A DNA stretch of 63,893 nt, taken from the NCBI GenBank assembly GCA_934096405.1, contig CAKOLW010000005.1, positions 1-63,893 of the forward strand, given 5' to 3'. Every line of letters begins with the position of its first letter. The stretch's first letter is position 1. Under the pieces are notes generated by a model that was not told the DNA's origin, did no database searches, and saw only the letters and a list, made by a program, of their open reading frames with translations. This stretch comes from an uncultured Bacilli bacterium (GTDB taxonomy: Bacteria; Bacillota_I; Bacilli_A; RF39; UBA660). Below are positions 50,041 to 58,324 of this stretch, piece by piece. The translations under genes were made by a program, and so were the position numbers.

Positions 50041-50184
50041 ATGATTGAACAATTAAATTGTTGTATTTTCATTTTAAAAATGCAATTGGATTTTTATGAC
50101 TTAACAGGTAAAGAAAAAAAATTAATATTAATGTGTTTACATTATTTAAGAAAATTAAAAAAGGAGGTAGAAAAAAATGTTTGA
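50041..50184 (+). CDS. Small element protein (47 aa)
   Basis: taggaggtagt SD directly before the ATG at 50041. The longer track ORF (49978) would run through the terminator hairpin. Confidence 0.45.
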   Translation: MIEQLNCCIFILKMQLDFYDLTGKEKKLILMCLHYLRKLKKEVEKNV

Positions 50185-50290
50185 AGCAATGGAAAAAGTA
50201 TTGATTGAATTTATACAATATATTCCTTATTTAATGGGAATTTGGGTTATTTTTGATTTAACAGGAAGTTTGTTGTTTAATAGGAGGTAG
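50177..50290 (+). CDS. Small hydrophobic protein (37 aa), minor-coat-like (g7p/g9p-like by size and position)
   Basis: aaggaggtag SD. MFEAMEKVLIEFIQYIPYLMGIWVIFDLTGSLLFNRR. Ends 1 nt before the next gene. Confidence 0.45.
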   Translation: MFEAMEKVLIEFIQYIPYLMGIWVIFDLTGSLLFNRR

Positions 50291-50291
50291 T

Positions 50292-51239
50292 ATGAAGAAA
50301 ATAATTATAATATTAGGATTATTACTTTTTGTACCTGGATTTTTATCAGCTGATACATATTATAATTGGGAACAAGTACAAGTTGATACTTTACCTGAAC
50401 CAACTAAAGATATTATGAATAAAGTTTATATTAAAGATGATAAGTATTATGTTGTTAAGGAAGTCTTAGGAGAAGTTACACCTCTACAAATTGGCGATAG
50501 TATGAATGGTAGAACATTTTATAATGCTATACCTGATAATTTGATGGAACAAGATGTTTGGAAAAATTTATCTAATTGTAGTGATTATTATTATTGTGGA
50601 GGACCAGTTATTGCTTCTGATGGTAATCCATTTGGATTTTATATTAATTATACTAAAGGTGAATTTAAGTTATCGTATAAAGAAAAAGGTTATTATTCGC
50701 TTATTTACATTAATGTAAATAATGTTATTACTTTAAATAAATTTAATTCAGTCTATAATTATGATCTAGTTTTTACTGAAAGATATAGTGTAAATATGTT
50801 TTCTGGTCATCCAGAGTTATATGAGTTTATAGATTACATTTTTGATCATATTAGTACAACACCTTTAGAAAATACTTATGAATGGTTAGAAGTAGATAAG
50901 TCAGATGTTTTGCCAGTTGTAGAAAATAAAATTTATGTACCTTCAGCAAATTTATCTTGTTATAGATTTATTGATAGAAATACTTTAAGAGGTTATTTTA
51001 CAAAACCGATTGTTGGAGATAAAGTTAATTTTTATGATTTTTATTTAGATCAACATTATAATTCAGTTACTGGTAACGAAACATTAAATGAAGATATAAC
51101 ATGCTTGACTAATATTACTACAAATTATTTATATCGTAATGATATAGTTGAGATATTAATATTTTTTATGATTGTTGGCTTTTTTGTATTTTATATACCA
51201 GTTAAAATTTTATTTAGGTTATTTAGGAGGTTTAGTTAA
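50292..51239 (+). CDS. Secreted, C-terminally membrane-anchored protein (candidate g3p-like adsorption/minor coat protein)
   Basis: Signal peptide MKKIIIILGLLLFVPGFLSA and C-terminal TM IVEILIFFMIVGFFVFYIPV plus a basic tail. taggaggtagt SD. Confidence 0.6.
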   Translation: MKKIIIILGLLLFVPGFLSADTYYNWEQVQVDTLPEPTKDIMNKVYIKDDKYYVVKEVLGEVTPLQIGDSMNGRTFYNAIPDNLMEQDVWKNLSNCSDYYYCGGPVIASDGNPFGFYINYTKGEFKLSYKEKGYYSLIYINVNNVITLNKFNSVYNYDLVFTERYSVNMFSGHPELYEFIDYIFDHISTTPLENTYEWLEVDKSDVLPVVENKIYVPSANLSCYRFIDRNTLRGYFTKPIVGDKVNFYDFYLDQHYNSVTGNETLNEDITCLTNITTNYLYRNDIVEILIFFMIVGFFVFYIPVKILFRLFRRFS

Positions 51240-53149
51240 TGAAAAAAATATTTAATTGGACAATTGGAAGTTTTTTTAAAACTTTAGGTAGAATTATATC
51301 ATATTTATTTATTGGTGGAGTCTTATTTTATATTGCTTCTAAATATGATTTGTTAAGTTTTGCAAAATTAGACGCTAGTACTTTTTCATTTACTTATGAT
51401 TATGATCAAGATATGTTAGATAAATTACCTTCAAAATGGTTTGGTTCAAATGGTTGGTTATCTAGAGTTAGTAATTTTCTTAATTATCAAAGAGATTCTA
51501 TCTGGATTTCTAAAGATACTATTTATTTTATTAAAGGTACTTATAGTAGTATGACTACTAATCAAATTCGTTTATATGTTACTTATGATGATGTAGATTT
51601 TAAATATTCTTTAAAGCTAACAGGTGCTAAAATATATGCCATTTCTACTGAAACAGAATTAAATAATTTTATTAAAAATTACAAATATAATTATTCTAGT
51701 TTAGATTATCAAACTTCTATTGATTTAAGTTGTAATACTTCTGAGTCTATTATTGGTTCTGATTTTTCTGGACCAAAATGTGATAAATTCTTACTGCCTT
51801 TTTATAGAAATGGAGTCACTTATTTTATTTATAATGATACTTCATTTTATAATCTTAATTTTTTTGGTATTCCTATAATAGGTTCTGATTCTTTTGGTTT
51901 AGAAGATGAAATGAATATTTTTCTTTATGATAAATATGGTTTTGATAAACCTGATCTTAATAAACTAAAATATGTTTACAATAATGCTATAATTCTTGAT
52001 ACAGACAATCTTAATAATGCTACATCTACTTTTTCAATTAATCTTTTAGATAATAAAGAACCTATTATTAAATCTTTTCAATATTATGGCTTAGTTAATG
52101 ATAATGGCTTATATCATTATGAATTATTAGATAATATAACTGACTTTGATTATACTACTACTTTTACTAATAAAAAATTTACATTTTCTTTTAATACTAA
52201 TGCATTTACTTATACTGATATTTCTACTTATGAAAAGATTTATGTTAAAATTAATTATCAAGAACCTTTTAAACATACAAATAATGGCTTTACTTATACT
52301 TTAGGTACACAATATACTTATCAAATTATACTTAATACCTTATGTGATGATTGTGTTTTCCTTTCTTTAGATTCTTCTGGTAAAAACACTTATGTTTTTA
52401 GTAATAGTGACTCTAGTAAAAATACTTTATTTTATTACTCTATTATTCAAGAAAATAAAATAGTATATAATCAACCTAGTTTTATTGATTTAGCTAATAA
52501 AACTTTAATAAATTCCGATTTAACTATAAAAACATATGATACTTTTTATGGTTCTATTAATCAGCTTATTTTTAACTCTTATAATATTGGTTCTAATACT
52601 GGATTAATAATGAATCTTTATATGAATGATATGAGCAAGATGTATAACCTTTCGGGAGCATATCAGATTATCTATTTTATTTCTCCTAATTTGTATTGGG
52701 GTAATGGTGTTTATACAACAGATAGAAATCAGGTTAGTTATGATTATATTGATTCTGACGGCAATCATCAAAATGGCACTATTTCAGGAGATTTTACTAA
52801 CTCATTAAGTGACTATGATATTTCTGCTAAGTTTAACATTATTAAAGGCATTATTTCTGATGATTTTTATGGACTATCAGGAGTCATATTAAAACCTTTG
52901 GACCATATTAAAACTTTATCTACTAAAGTTTGTAGTCCAATAATATTACCTATTCCATTTACTGAAAAAAATATATCAATTCCTTGTTTTTCTACAATTT
53001 ATAATACATATGTTAAGGATTTAATTGATATATGGCACATTGTTTTATATGGAATAGTTAGTTATGGTATTGGTCTTAATTTATTTAAGACAATAAAAAA
53101 TGCAATAGAGCCTTCTGATGAAGATAATATAGAGGTGATTGATTTATGA
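51239..53149 (+). CDS. Large (636 aa) membrane-anchored element protein, unknown function
   Basis: N-terminal TM (IISYLFIGGVLFYIA) and C-terminal TM (IWHIVLYGIVSYGIGLNLF). Asn/Tyr/Ser/Thr-rich. Overlapping start. Confidence 0.6.
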   Translation: MKKIFNWTIGSFFKTLGRIISYLFIGGVLFYIASKYDLLSFAKLDASTFSFTYDYDQDMLDKLPSKWFGSNGWLSRVSNFLNYQRDSIWISKDTIYFIKGTYSSMTTNQIRLYVTYDDVDFKYSLKLTGAKIYAISTETELNNFIKNYKYNYSSLDYQTSIDLSCNTSESIIGSDFSGPKCDKFLLPFYRNGVTYFIYNDTSFYNLNFFGIPIIGSDSFGLEDEMNIFLYDKYGFDKPDLNKLKYVYNNAIILDTDNLNNATSTFSINLLDNKEPIIKSFQYYGLVNDNGLYHYELLDNITDFDYTTTFTNKKFTFSFNTNAFTYTDISTYEKIYVKINYQEPFKHTNNGFTYTLGTQYTYQIILNTLCDDCVFLSLDSSGKNTYVFSNSDSSKNTLFYYSIIQENKIVYNQPSFIDLANKTLINSDLTIKTYDTFYGSINQLIFNSYNIGSNTGLIMNLYMNDMSKMYNLSGAYQIIYFISPNLYWGNGVYTTDRNQVSYDYIDSDGNHQNGTISGDFTNSLSDYDISAKFNIIKGIISDDFYGLSGVILKPLDHIKTLSTKVCSPIILPIPFTEKNISIPCFSTIYNTYVKDLIDIWHIVLYGIVSYGIGLNLFKTIKNAIEPSDEDNIEVIDL

Positions 53150-53451
53150 CAACTTTAATAAATTCTACTTTAAATGTATTGTTTTCTTTAATTTCTACAT
53201 TTTTAAAAATAATTTTAGCACCTATTGATACTTTGATTATGAATGGATTACCTGATGTAGAAATACTTATAGAAAAATTATCTGACTTTCTTGTTTTGTG
53301 TATTGCTTTTGTTGGTTGGGTAATTGACGCTTTGGCTATACCTTCTGGAGTAATTACTCTTATAGTTTCATACTTTACTTTAAAATATAGTATATTATTA
53401 ATTTCTATTCCGATAAAAATTGTGATAAGGTGGGTGAAAACTTTAAAATGA
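53146..53451 (+). CDS. Small polytopic membrane protein (g6p-like by size and position)
   Basis: 101 aa with three hydrophobic segments. Overlaps both neighbours. Confidence 0.55.
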   Translation: MTTLINSTLNVLFSLISTFLKIILAPIDTLIMNGLPDVEILIEKLSDFLVLCIAFVGWVIDALAIPSGVITLIVSYFTLKYSILLISIPIKIVIRWVKTLK

Positions 53452-54110
53452 TAGGTTTATTTTTAATGTTATTAATTTTTATATTATTATATCTAATTTT
53501 TATAAAAAAAATAAAAATTAAGTTTAAGACTTTTTTTAAAAAAGGCTTTAAAGTTGCTCGTGGTTCATTTGGTGTTTATTGTTATTGTGGCAAACAAGGT
53601 AGTGGTAAAACCTATTCCGTTGTAGAATTTTTGAGAGAAAATTCGGATTTACCGATTTATGCAAATATTAATACAATAACTGGAGTTGATTATACTTATT
53701 TTGAAGGCTTCGAAGAATTATTAAAACTCCGTGATAAAACTGATTGTATTATTGTCTATGATGAAATATTTACTGCTTTAACAAAAAATTCTAGAATGAG
53801 TTCTGAAGTTTTATCATTTTTAAGTCAAATGAGAAAGCGAAGAATAATATTTTTAACTACTGCTCAGGAATGGTTAGAAATTAATATAACACTTCGTAGA
53901 TATTGTAGATATCAAATAGATTGCATGATGTTTAACTTCTTTGGATTATTTGGTATCTTAAAAAAGTCTTTTTATGACGCTGAACATATGAAGTGGAGTA
54001 ACGATGATAATGAGTATATAGCACCAATTATAAGTACAACTATTAGTAAAGCAAATCTAGTTGTCGCTAATTCGTACGACACTTTTGAGCAGATAAATAC
54101 ATCGAAATAA
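53448..54110 (+). CDS. P-loop NTPase, candidate Zot/g1p-like morphogenesis ATPase
   Basis: N-terminal TM, Walker A GKQGSGKTYS, Walker B CIIVYDE. About 220 aa. The ATG at 53448 follows an aaggtgggtg SD. Confidence 0.6.
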   Translation: MIGLFLMLLIFILLYLIFIKKIKIKFKTFFKKGFKVARGSFGVYCYCGKQGSGKTYSVVEFLRENSDLPIYANINTITGVDYTYFEGFEELLKLRDKTDCIIVYDEIFTALTKNSRMSSEVLSFLSQMRKRRIIFLTTAQEWLEINITLRRYCRYQIDCMMFNFFGLFGILKKSFYDAEHMKWSNDDNEYIAPIISTTISKANLVVANSYDTFEQINTSK

Positions 54111-54305
54111 AAAGTCAATGAAAAAACGGAATAAAAGCGAAGCGATTATGCCGGATTTGGAATTGTACTTTTTAAAGGTATAAAATAATTGAAATATAAC
54201 TTCAAAAAACATTTTTTTTGAAGTTTACGCCCTACGGCGAGTAGATAAAAGTTTTTGTACCACTTTTTACAAAAAGTGGTAAATAAAATACAATTGGTCG
54301 ACCAT

Positions 54306-54333
54306 ATAGGGGGTGTACTACGACACCCCCTAT
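54306..54333 (+). promoter_or_regulatory. Double-strand origin hairpin with pMV158-type nick sequence TACTACG/AC
   Basis: Perfect 11-bp GC-rich stem atagggggtgt/acaccccctat with loop actacg. TACTACGAC lies at 54316..54324, about 320 nt upstream of the Rep gene on the coding strand. Confidence 0.7.
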
Positions 54334-54372
54334 GGGAGACTTGTGACATGTGACAAAAAAGGAGGAAATTTT

Positions 54373-54645
54373 ATGAAATATGCTAATAATAAAAATTATT
54401 ATAAGGAGGACAAAGATAATTTGAATAACAACCCTTTTAAGTATCGTTTGACTTATTGTGGCGCTTGTATTTATCAATTGACTAGAGGTAAGTATAAAGT
54501 TGTTTATCAGTGTTATAGTTTTTCAAGTATGTATAAATTTATACAAAAGAATAATATTAATTTAAAAGAAATTCATTTACCTTATATGACTTTAAATGAT
54601 TTTTTAAGAGATTGGGCTACTTTTGAGGGGAATGATATAATATGA
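54373..54645 (+). CDS. Element protein upstream of rep, unknown function (90 aa)
   Basis: aaaaggagga SD before the ATG at 54373. Overlaps the rep start by 4 nt. Confidence 0.5.
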   Translation: MKYANNKNYYKEDKDNLNNNPFKYRLTYCGACIYQLTRGKYKVVYQCYSFSSMYKFIQKNNINLKEIHLPYMTLNDFLRDWATFEGNDII

Positions 54646-55211
54646 AGAAAAATAGATATTGGGCGTTTGTACTTTATTTAGAAAGTGCTCCAGAAAATTG
54701 GAAAGAACTTTTACAATTAACGGGGTTATCAATTTGTATTAGTCCTTATCATGATAAGGACAAGAATCCTGACGGAACACCAAAAAAACCACACTATCAC
54801 ATCATTTTATGTTTTGGTGGACCGACAACCTTTAACAACGTTAAAACTATTACAGATAGTTTGAATCAACCTATACCGATTCCTTTACAACAGGTTAAAG
54901 GTTACTATAGATATTTAACACACAAAGATAACCCCGAAAAACATCAGTATAATGAATCTAATATAGAAACCTTAAATGGCTTTAATATAGATGATTATGT
55001 TGACCTTACATATAGTGAGGTAAATTCTATCTGTATATCTATTCAAAAACTCATTATAGATAATAATATACTTGAATATTCTGTATTACTTGATTATCTA
55101 TTACATAATGAGTTATTTACCGAACTTCAAGTTGCTAGTAATCATACATTGCTCTTTAATACTTATATTACTTCAAGAAGAAATAAAATAAAAAGTCAAG
55201 CATTAAAGTAA
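54642..55211 (+). CDS. rep: Rolling-circle replication initiator, RepB/pMV158 (Rep_2, HUH) family
   Basis: RYWAFVLYLES..W...L......ISPYHDKDKNPDG..KKPHYHIIL (HUH motif) and YRYLTHKD (catalytic Tyr region), colinear with pMV158 RepB. Confidence 0.85.
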   Translation: MKKNRYWAFVLYLESAPENWKELLQLTGLSICISPYHDKDKNPDGTPKKPHYHIILCFGGPTTFNNVKTITDSLNQPIPIPLQQVKGYYRYLTHKDNPEKHQYNESNIETLNGFNIDDYVDLTYSEVNSICISIQKLIIDNNILEYSVLLDYLLHNELFTELQVASNHTLLFNTYITSRRNKIKSQALK

Positions 55212-55318
55212 TTTACAATTTAAATATTTAATGTTATATTAAATATGTGAAGTGTGGTGGTTGACATGAGTTAGAAAAATGTATATAATATTGCACCTGT
55301 AAAGGGGTGTGATAGATA

Positions 55319-56260
55319 ATGAACTTCAATGAAGTTTATTTAGAATATTTAAAATTTGCCGAAAAACAGCAAAAGAAACAAGGTTTTAATAGTTTGTTAA
55401 ACAATTTTAATTCAAGAATATTACCTTATTTTAAAGATATGAGGTTAGAAGATATTACAAGAGATGATATTGTTTCTTGGGAAAGTTATATTTTATCATT
55501 GGGGTTTAGAAACAATTATAATAGAAATCTTTATTATATGCTTAGTGGTTTCTTTACTTTCTGTCATAATAGATATAATTTTGATAAGACAATAATTAGT
55601 GATGTTGGATGTTTTAAAAAGATATATGAAAAAAAGAAAGAGGATTTTTACACTTTAAAAGAATTTAATCTCTTCATTAGTAATGTTGATGATTATATGT
55701 ATAAAACCTTTTTTATCTTCTTATTTTATACTGGAGTTCGTCCAGGGGAGGCAATGGCACTCAAATTAAGCGATTTTCAAGGCGATTATATCAATATTGA
55801 TAAAACTATTGACTCACATGGAAAACGTGAAATAGGTACTCCAAAAACATTCTCTAGCATTCGTAAAATTAAAATAGATAAATTTTTGAAACGAGATTTG
55901 AAACAATTAATAAAAAATTATTATAAGGAGGGTAGTGGAGATTTATTTCTCTTCGGTGGTTTGAAACCCTTAAGTCCTACTACAATCAATAGGCATAAAT
56001 TTAGTGCTTGTAATAGATGTGGTTTAAGACCGATTACCTTACATCAATTTAGACATAGTCATGCTACTTTATTATTAGATAAAGGCATTATGATTAATGA
56101 GATAAGTAAAAGGTTAGGACATTCTAAGGTATCAACCACATTAGATATTTATACTCATACTAATTCAACACAAGAAAAAAGAGTATATAATATACTCTGT
56201 TCCTCGAGATTTAATCTCAATAGTCTGTTAAACAATTTATTAAAACTTAATAAGTTTTAA
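55319..56260 (+). CDS. int: Tyrosine site-specific integrase
   Basis: GVRPGEAMAL (Arg I), HQFRHSHATLLL (H-x-x-R), LGHSKVSTTLDIYTH (catalytic Tyr). Ends 4 nt before attR. Confidence 0.9.
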   Translation: MNFNEVYLEYLKFAEKQQKKQGFNSLLNNFNSRILPYFKDMRLEDITRDDIVSWESYILSLGFRNNYNRNLYYMLSGFFTFCHNRYNFDKTIISDVGCFKKIYEKKKEDFYTLKEFNLFISNVDDYMYKTFFIFLFYTGVRPGEAMALKLSDFQGDYINIDKTIDSHGKREIGTPKTFSSIRKIKIDKFLKRDLKQLIKNYYKEGSGDLFLFGGLKPLSPTTINRHKFSACNRCGLRPITLHQFRHSHATLLLDKGIMINEISKRLGHSKVSTTLDIYTHTNSTQEKRVYNILCSSRFNLNSLLNNLLKLNKF

Positions 56261-56263
56261 CCT

Positions 56264-56285
56264 ATTTGGAGCAGGTGATGGGAAT
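56264..56285. repeat. attR: 22-bp direct repeat overlapping the tRNA-Gly 3' end
   Basis: Identical to 48700..48721. Confidence 0.85.
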
Positions 56286-56340
56286 CGGACCCACGTTATT
56301 AGCTTGGAAGGCTAGAGTTCTACCATTAAACTACACCTGC
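56267..56340 (-). tRNA. tRNA-Gly (anticodon TCC)
   Basis: Minus-strand sequence GCAGGTG-TA-GTTT..GAAC-T-CTAGC-CTTCCAA-GCTAA-TAAC-GTGGG-TCCGATT-CCCAT-CACCTGC-T-CCA. Very similar to Bacillus tRNA-Gly(UCC). Confidence 0.9.
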
Positions 56341-56356
56341 GTAATTAACATTTATA

Positions 56357-56385
56357 ATTCTACTAAAACTTTTTGGCTTTGTCAA
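56357..56385 (-). promoter_or_regulatory. Sigma-A-type promoter of tRNA-Gly
   Basis: On the minus strand: TTGACA, 17 nt spacer, TAGAAT, ending about 17 nt before the tRNA 5' end. Confidence 0.6.
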
Positions 56386-56442
56386 TATTTTAATTGAAAA
56401 AAAGTTTAAAATATGTTAACATTTAATTAGGGTGATACGATT

Positions 56443-56949
56443 GTGAAAAAGAAGAAAATTACATTTAAAAATTATGCTTATTTGCTTTTAATATTAATAT
56501 TGGTTGTTGCTTTAACATTTTATATAAGGTCTTGGTATAATACTTATAAAGCGGAAAAATTGGAGACAAGTCCTATGGAGAATGTAGTAGAGAAGATAGA
56601 TATAAATGAGATTAGAGTGACTGTTTCTGAAATGAATGAAGTGCTTTTATATTTTGGTTATTTGAAAAATGAAAAAATACACTTTATGGAACAAAGAATA
56701 TTAAATTTTTTAAAGAAAGAAGATTTGACAAGTAAATTAATTTATGTAGATGCAACTGAGTACATGAGTAATAATGAATATAAAAATATAATTAGTCAAG
56801 CATTTCCTGATAGTGAAATAGAGCCAGTTTTACCAATGATATTATATGTAAAGAGTGGTAAAGTAATAGATAATATAAAACCTGAATATGGTTTAATACA
56901 AACTTATCAAATAAAAGATTTAATAGATAAATATGATTTAAGCAATTAA
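56443..56949 (+). CDS. Membrane-anchored protein, possibly thioredoxin-fold-like without CxxC
   Basis: N-terminal TM. The soluble domain has the size and pattern of Trx-like accessory proteins but no Cys pair. Weak recall. Confidence 0.4.
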   Translation: MKKKKITFKNYAYLLLILILVVALTFYIRSWYNTYKAEKLETSPMENVVEKIDINEIRVTVSEMNEVLLYFGYLKNEKIHFMEQRILNFLKKEDLTSKLIYVDATEYMSNNEYKNIISQAFPDSEIEPVLPMILYVKSGKVIDNIKPEYGLIQTYQIKDLIDKYDLSN

Positions 56950-56979
56950 AAAACATTTAAGTTTTATTCTTAAATGTTT

Positions 56980-58203
56980 TTATATTCTATCAAATTCGTT
57001 TTTACTTTTTAAAATTACTAGTGTTATTAATGCAACGGCTAACATACATGAACCAGCAATAATGTATTCAGCAATTCCTGTTTGAGGATTAACTATTTTT
57101 TCACCAAGAATCATTATTTGTGGACTACATTCTTGATCATCTACTAAATTATCAGCTGGATAGGAATCATTAATTGTTACTGAAGAATTACCTATAATAG
57201 TTGTACCATTTACTTTAACTTGTCTATTTGTTCTTAAAGTAATTTTATCTACTAAAGTAGAATCAACAACATCTTTTATTTTTAAATAATAAGATAATGT
57301 TTCTTTTTTGTTAGATTCGATAGTATCAGCTTTCCATGTAACTTTTCCATCTGCATAATTTGCTATTCCAGTTGTTGGTTTAACTTCAACTATATCAAAG
57401 TTATCAATTATATAACTATCAAATGATACAGTAGTTTCCATGTTATTTTTAGCTCTAGGCATTAAACTTTCTACTACAGTTGCTGCGTTAAGTGTATTAA
57501 GATTTGTACTTACAACATCAACTCTTGCTGTAGCAGTACTAAATATATTATTGAAATTAGTTTTATCAGTCATATCAATATTATAAGCATAAATTTGAAT
57601 ACCACTGCTAGTATAAGATTCAACTTTTGATTTTAATGCAGTTACATCAACTTCATTTAAAGTACCTAAATTATTTACAACTAATATTATAACTTTAGTT
57701 CCGTTTGATGAACTAAGCTCTCCAGCTGCTTTTTCTAAGCTATCAAATATTTCTCCATTATTACTACTAGAAGCTGTAGTTTTAACATTATTTAAATTAC
57801 TTTCAATTTTTGTAGTATCTAATGGATTTAAAGTTGTCTCATTATTTGTTGTTACAGCTACGCCTTGTCTTACAGCATTTCTTCCTTCCAATAAATTTGC
57901 ACTAGTTTTTAAAGAGTCAATAACATTAGCTTTAATACCTGACATTGTACTACTGTTATCAATAACGTACATAACATCAATATCTTTAGAGTTGTCAATT
58001 ACAATATCAATTGCAACTTTACCATTTGCTAAATCAGATTTTTCTGTATTAATGGTGTTTAATATATTAGCACCATCACTACTTAATACCTTTTTAGCAA
58101 AGTTTTCTTTAACTACTTTTACGCTGTTATTAGCGGCATTTAATGTGCTGACTCCTAGCAAAACACTCAATAGAAGTGTGCTTACTAATAATCCTTTTTT
58201 CAT
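56980..58203 (-). CDS. Cell-wall-anchored von Willebrand factor A domain protein with NPQTG sorting signal
   Basis: Signal peptide and MIDAS motif VIDNSSTMSG. C-terminal NPQTG, a hydrophobic stretch (IAEYIIAGSCMLAVALITLVIL) and a charged tail (KSKNEFDRI). Confidence 0.85.
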   Translation of the reverse strand: MKKGLLVSTLLLSVLLGVSTLNAANNSVKVVKENFAKKVLSSDGANILNTINTEKSDLANGKVAIDIVIDNSKDIDVMYVIDNSSTMSGIKANVIDSLKTSANLLEGRNAVRQGVAVTTNNETTLNPLDTTKIESNLNNVKTTASSSNNGEIFDSLEKAAGELSSSNGTKVIILVVNNLGTLNEVDVTALKSKVESYTSSGIQIYAYNIDMTDKTNFNNIFSTATARVDVVSTNLNTLNAATVVESLMPRAKNNMETTVSFDSYIIDNFDIVEVKPTTGIANYADGKVTWKADTIESNKKETLSYYLKIKDVVDSTLVDKITLRTNRQVKVNGTTIIGNSSVTINDSYPADNLVDDQECSPQIMILGEKIVNPQTGIAEYIIAGSCMLAVALITLVILKSKNEFDRI

Positions 58204-58324
58204 TTTTTCCTCCTTATCATAATCTAATTATATCATGTCATTTTGTAAATTTAAAGAATTTTGTTATATTTTTTCTTTATAAACGTAATTATTTATGCTA
58301 AACTTAGACTAGGAGAGAGTTGTT

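Larger units (their letters stand above)
48700..56285 (+). mobile_element. Integrated filamentous-phage-like (inovirus-type) rolling-circle element in tRNA-Gly
   Basis: Bounded by the 22-bp direct repeats. All genes are on the + strand: tyrosine integrase, pMV158-type Rep plus nick-site hairpin, a small P-loop ATPase, tandem ~58-aa coat-like genes, small hydrophobic ORFs and two large membrane-anchored proteins. There are no capsid, terminase, tail or lysis genes. Confidence 0.75.
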
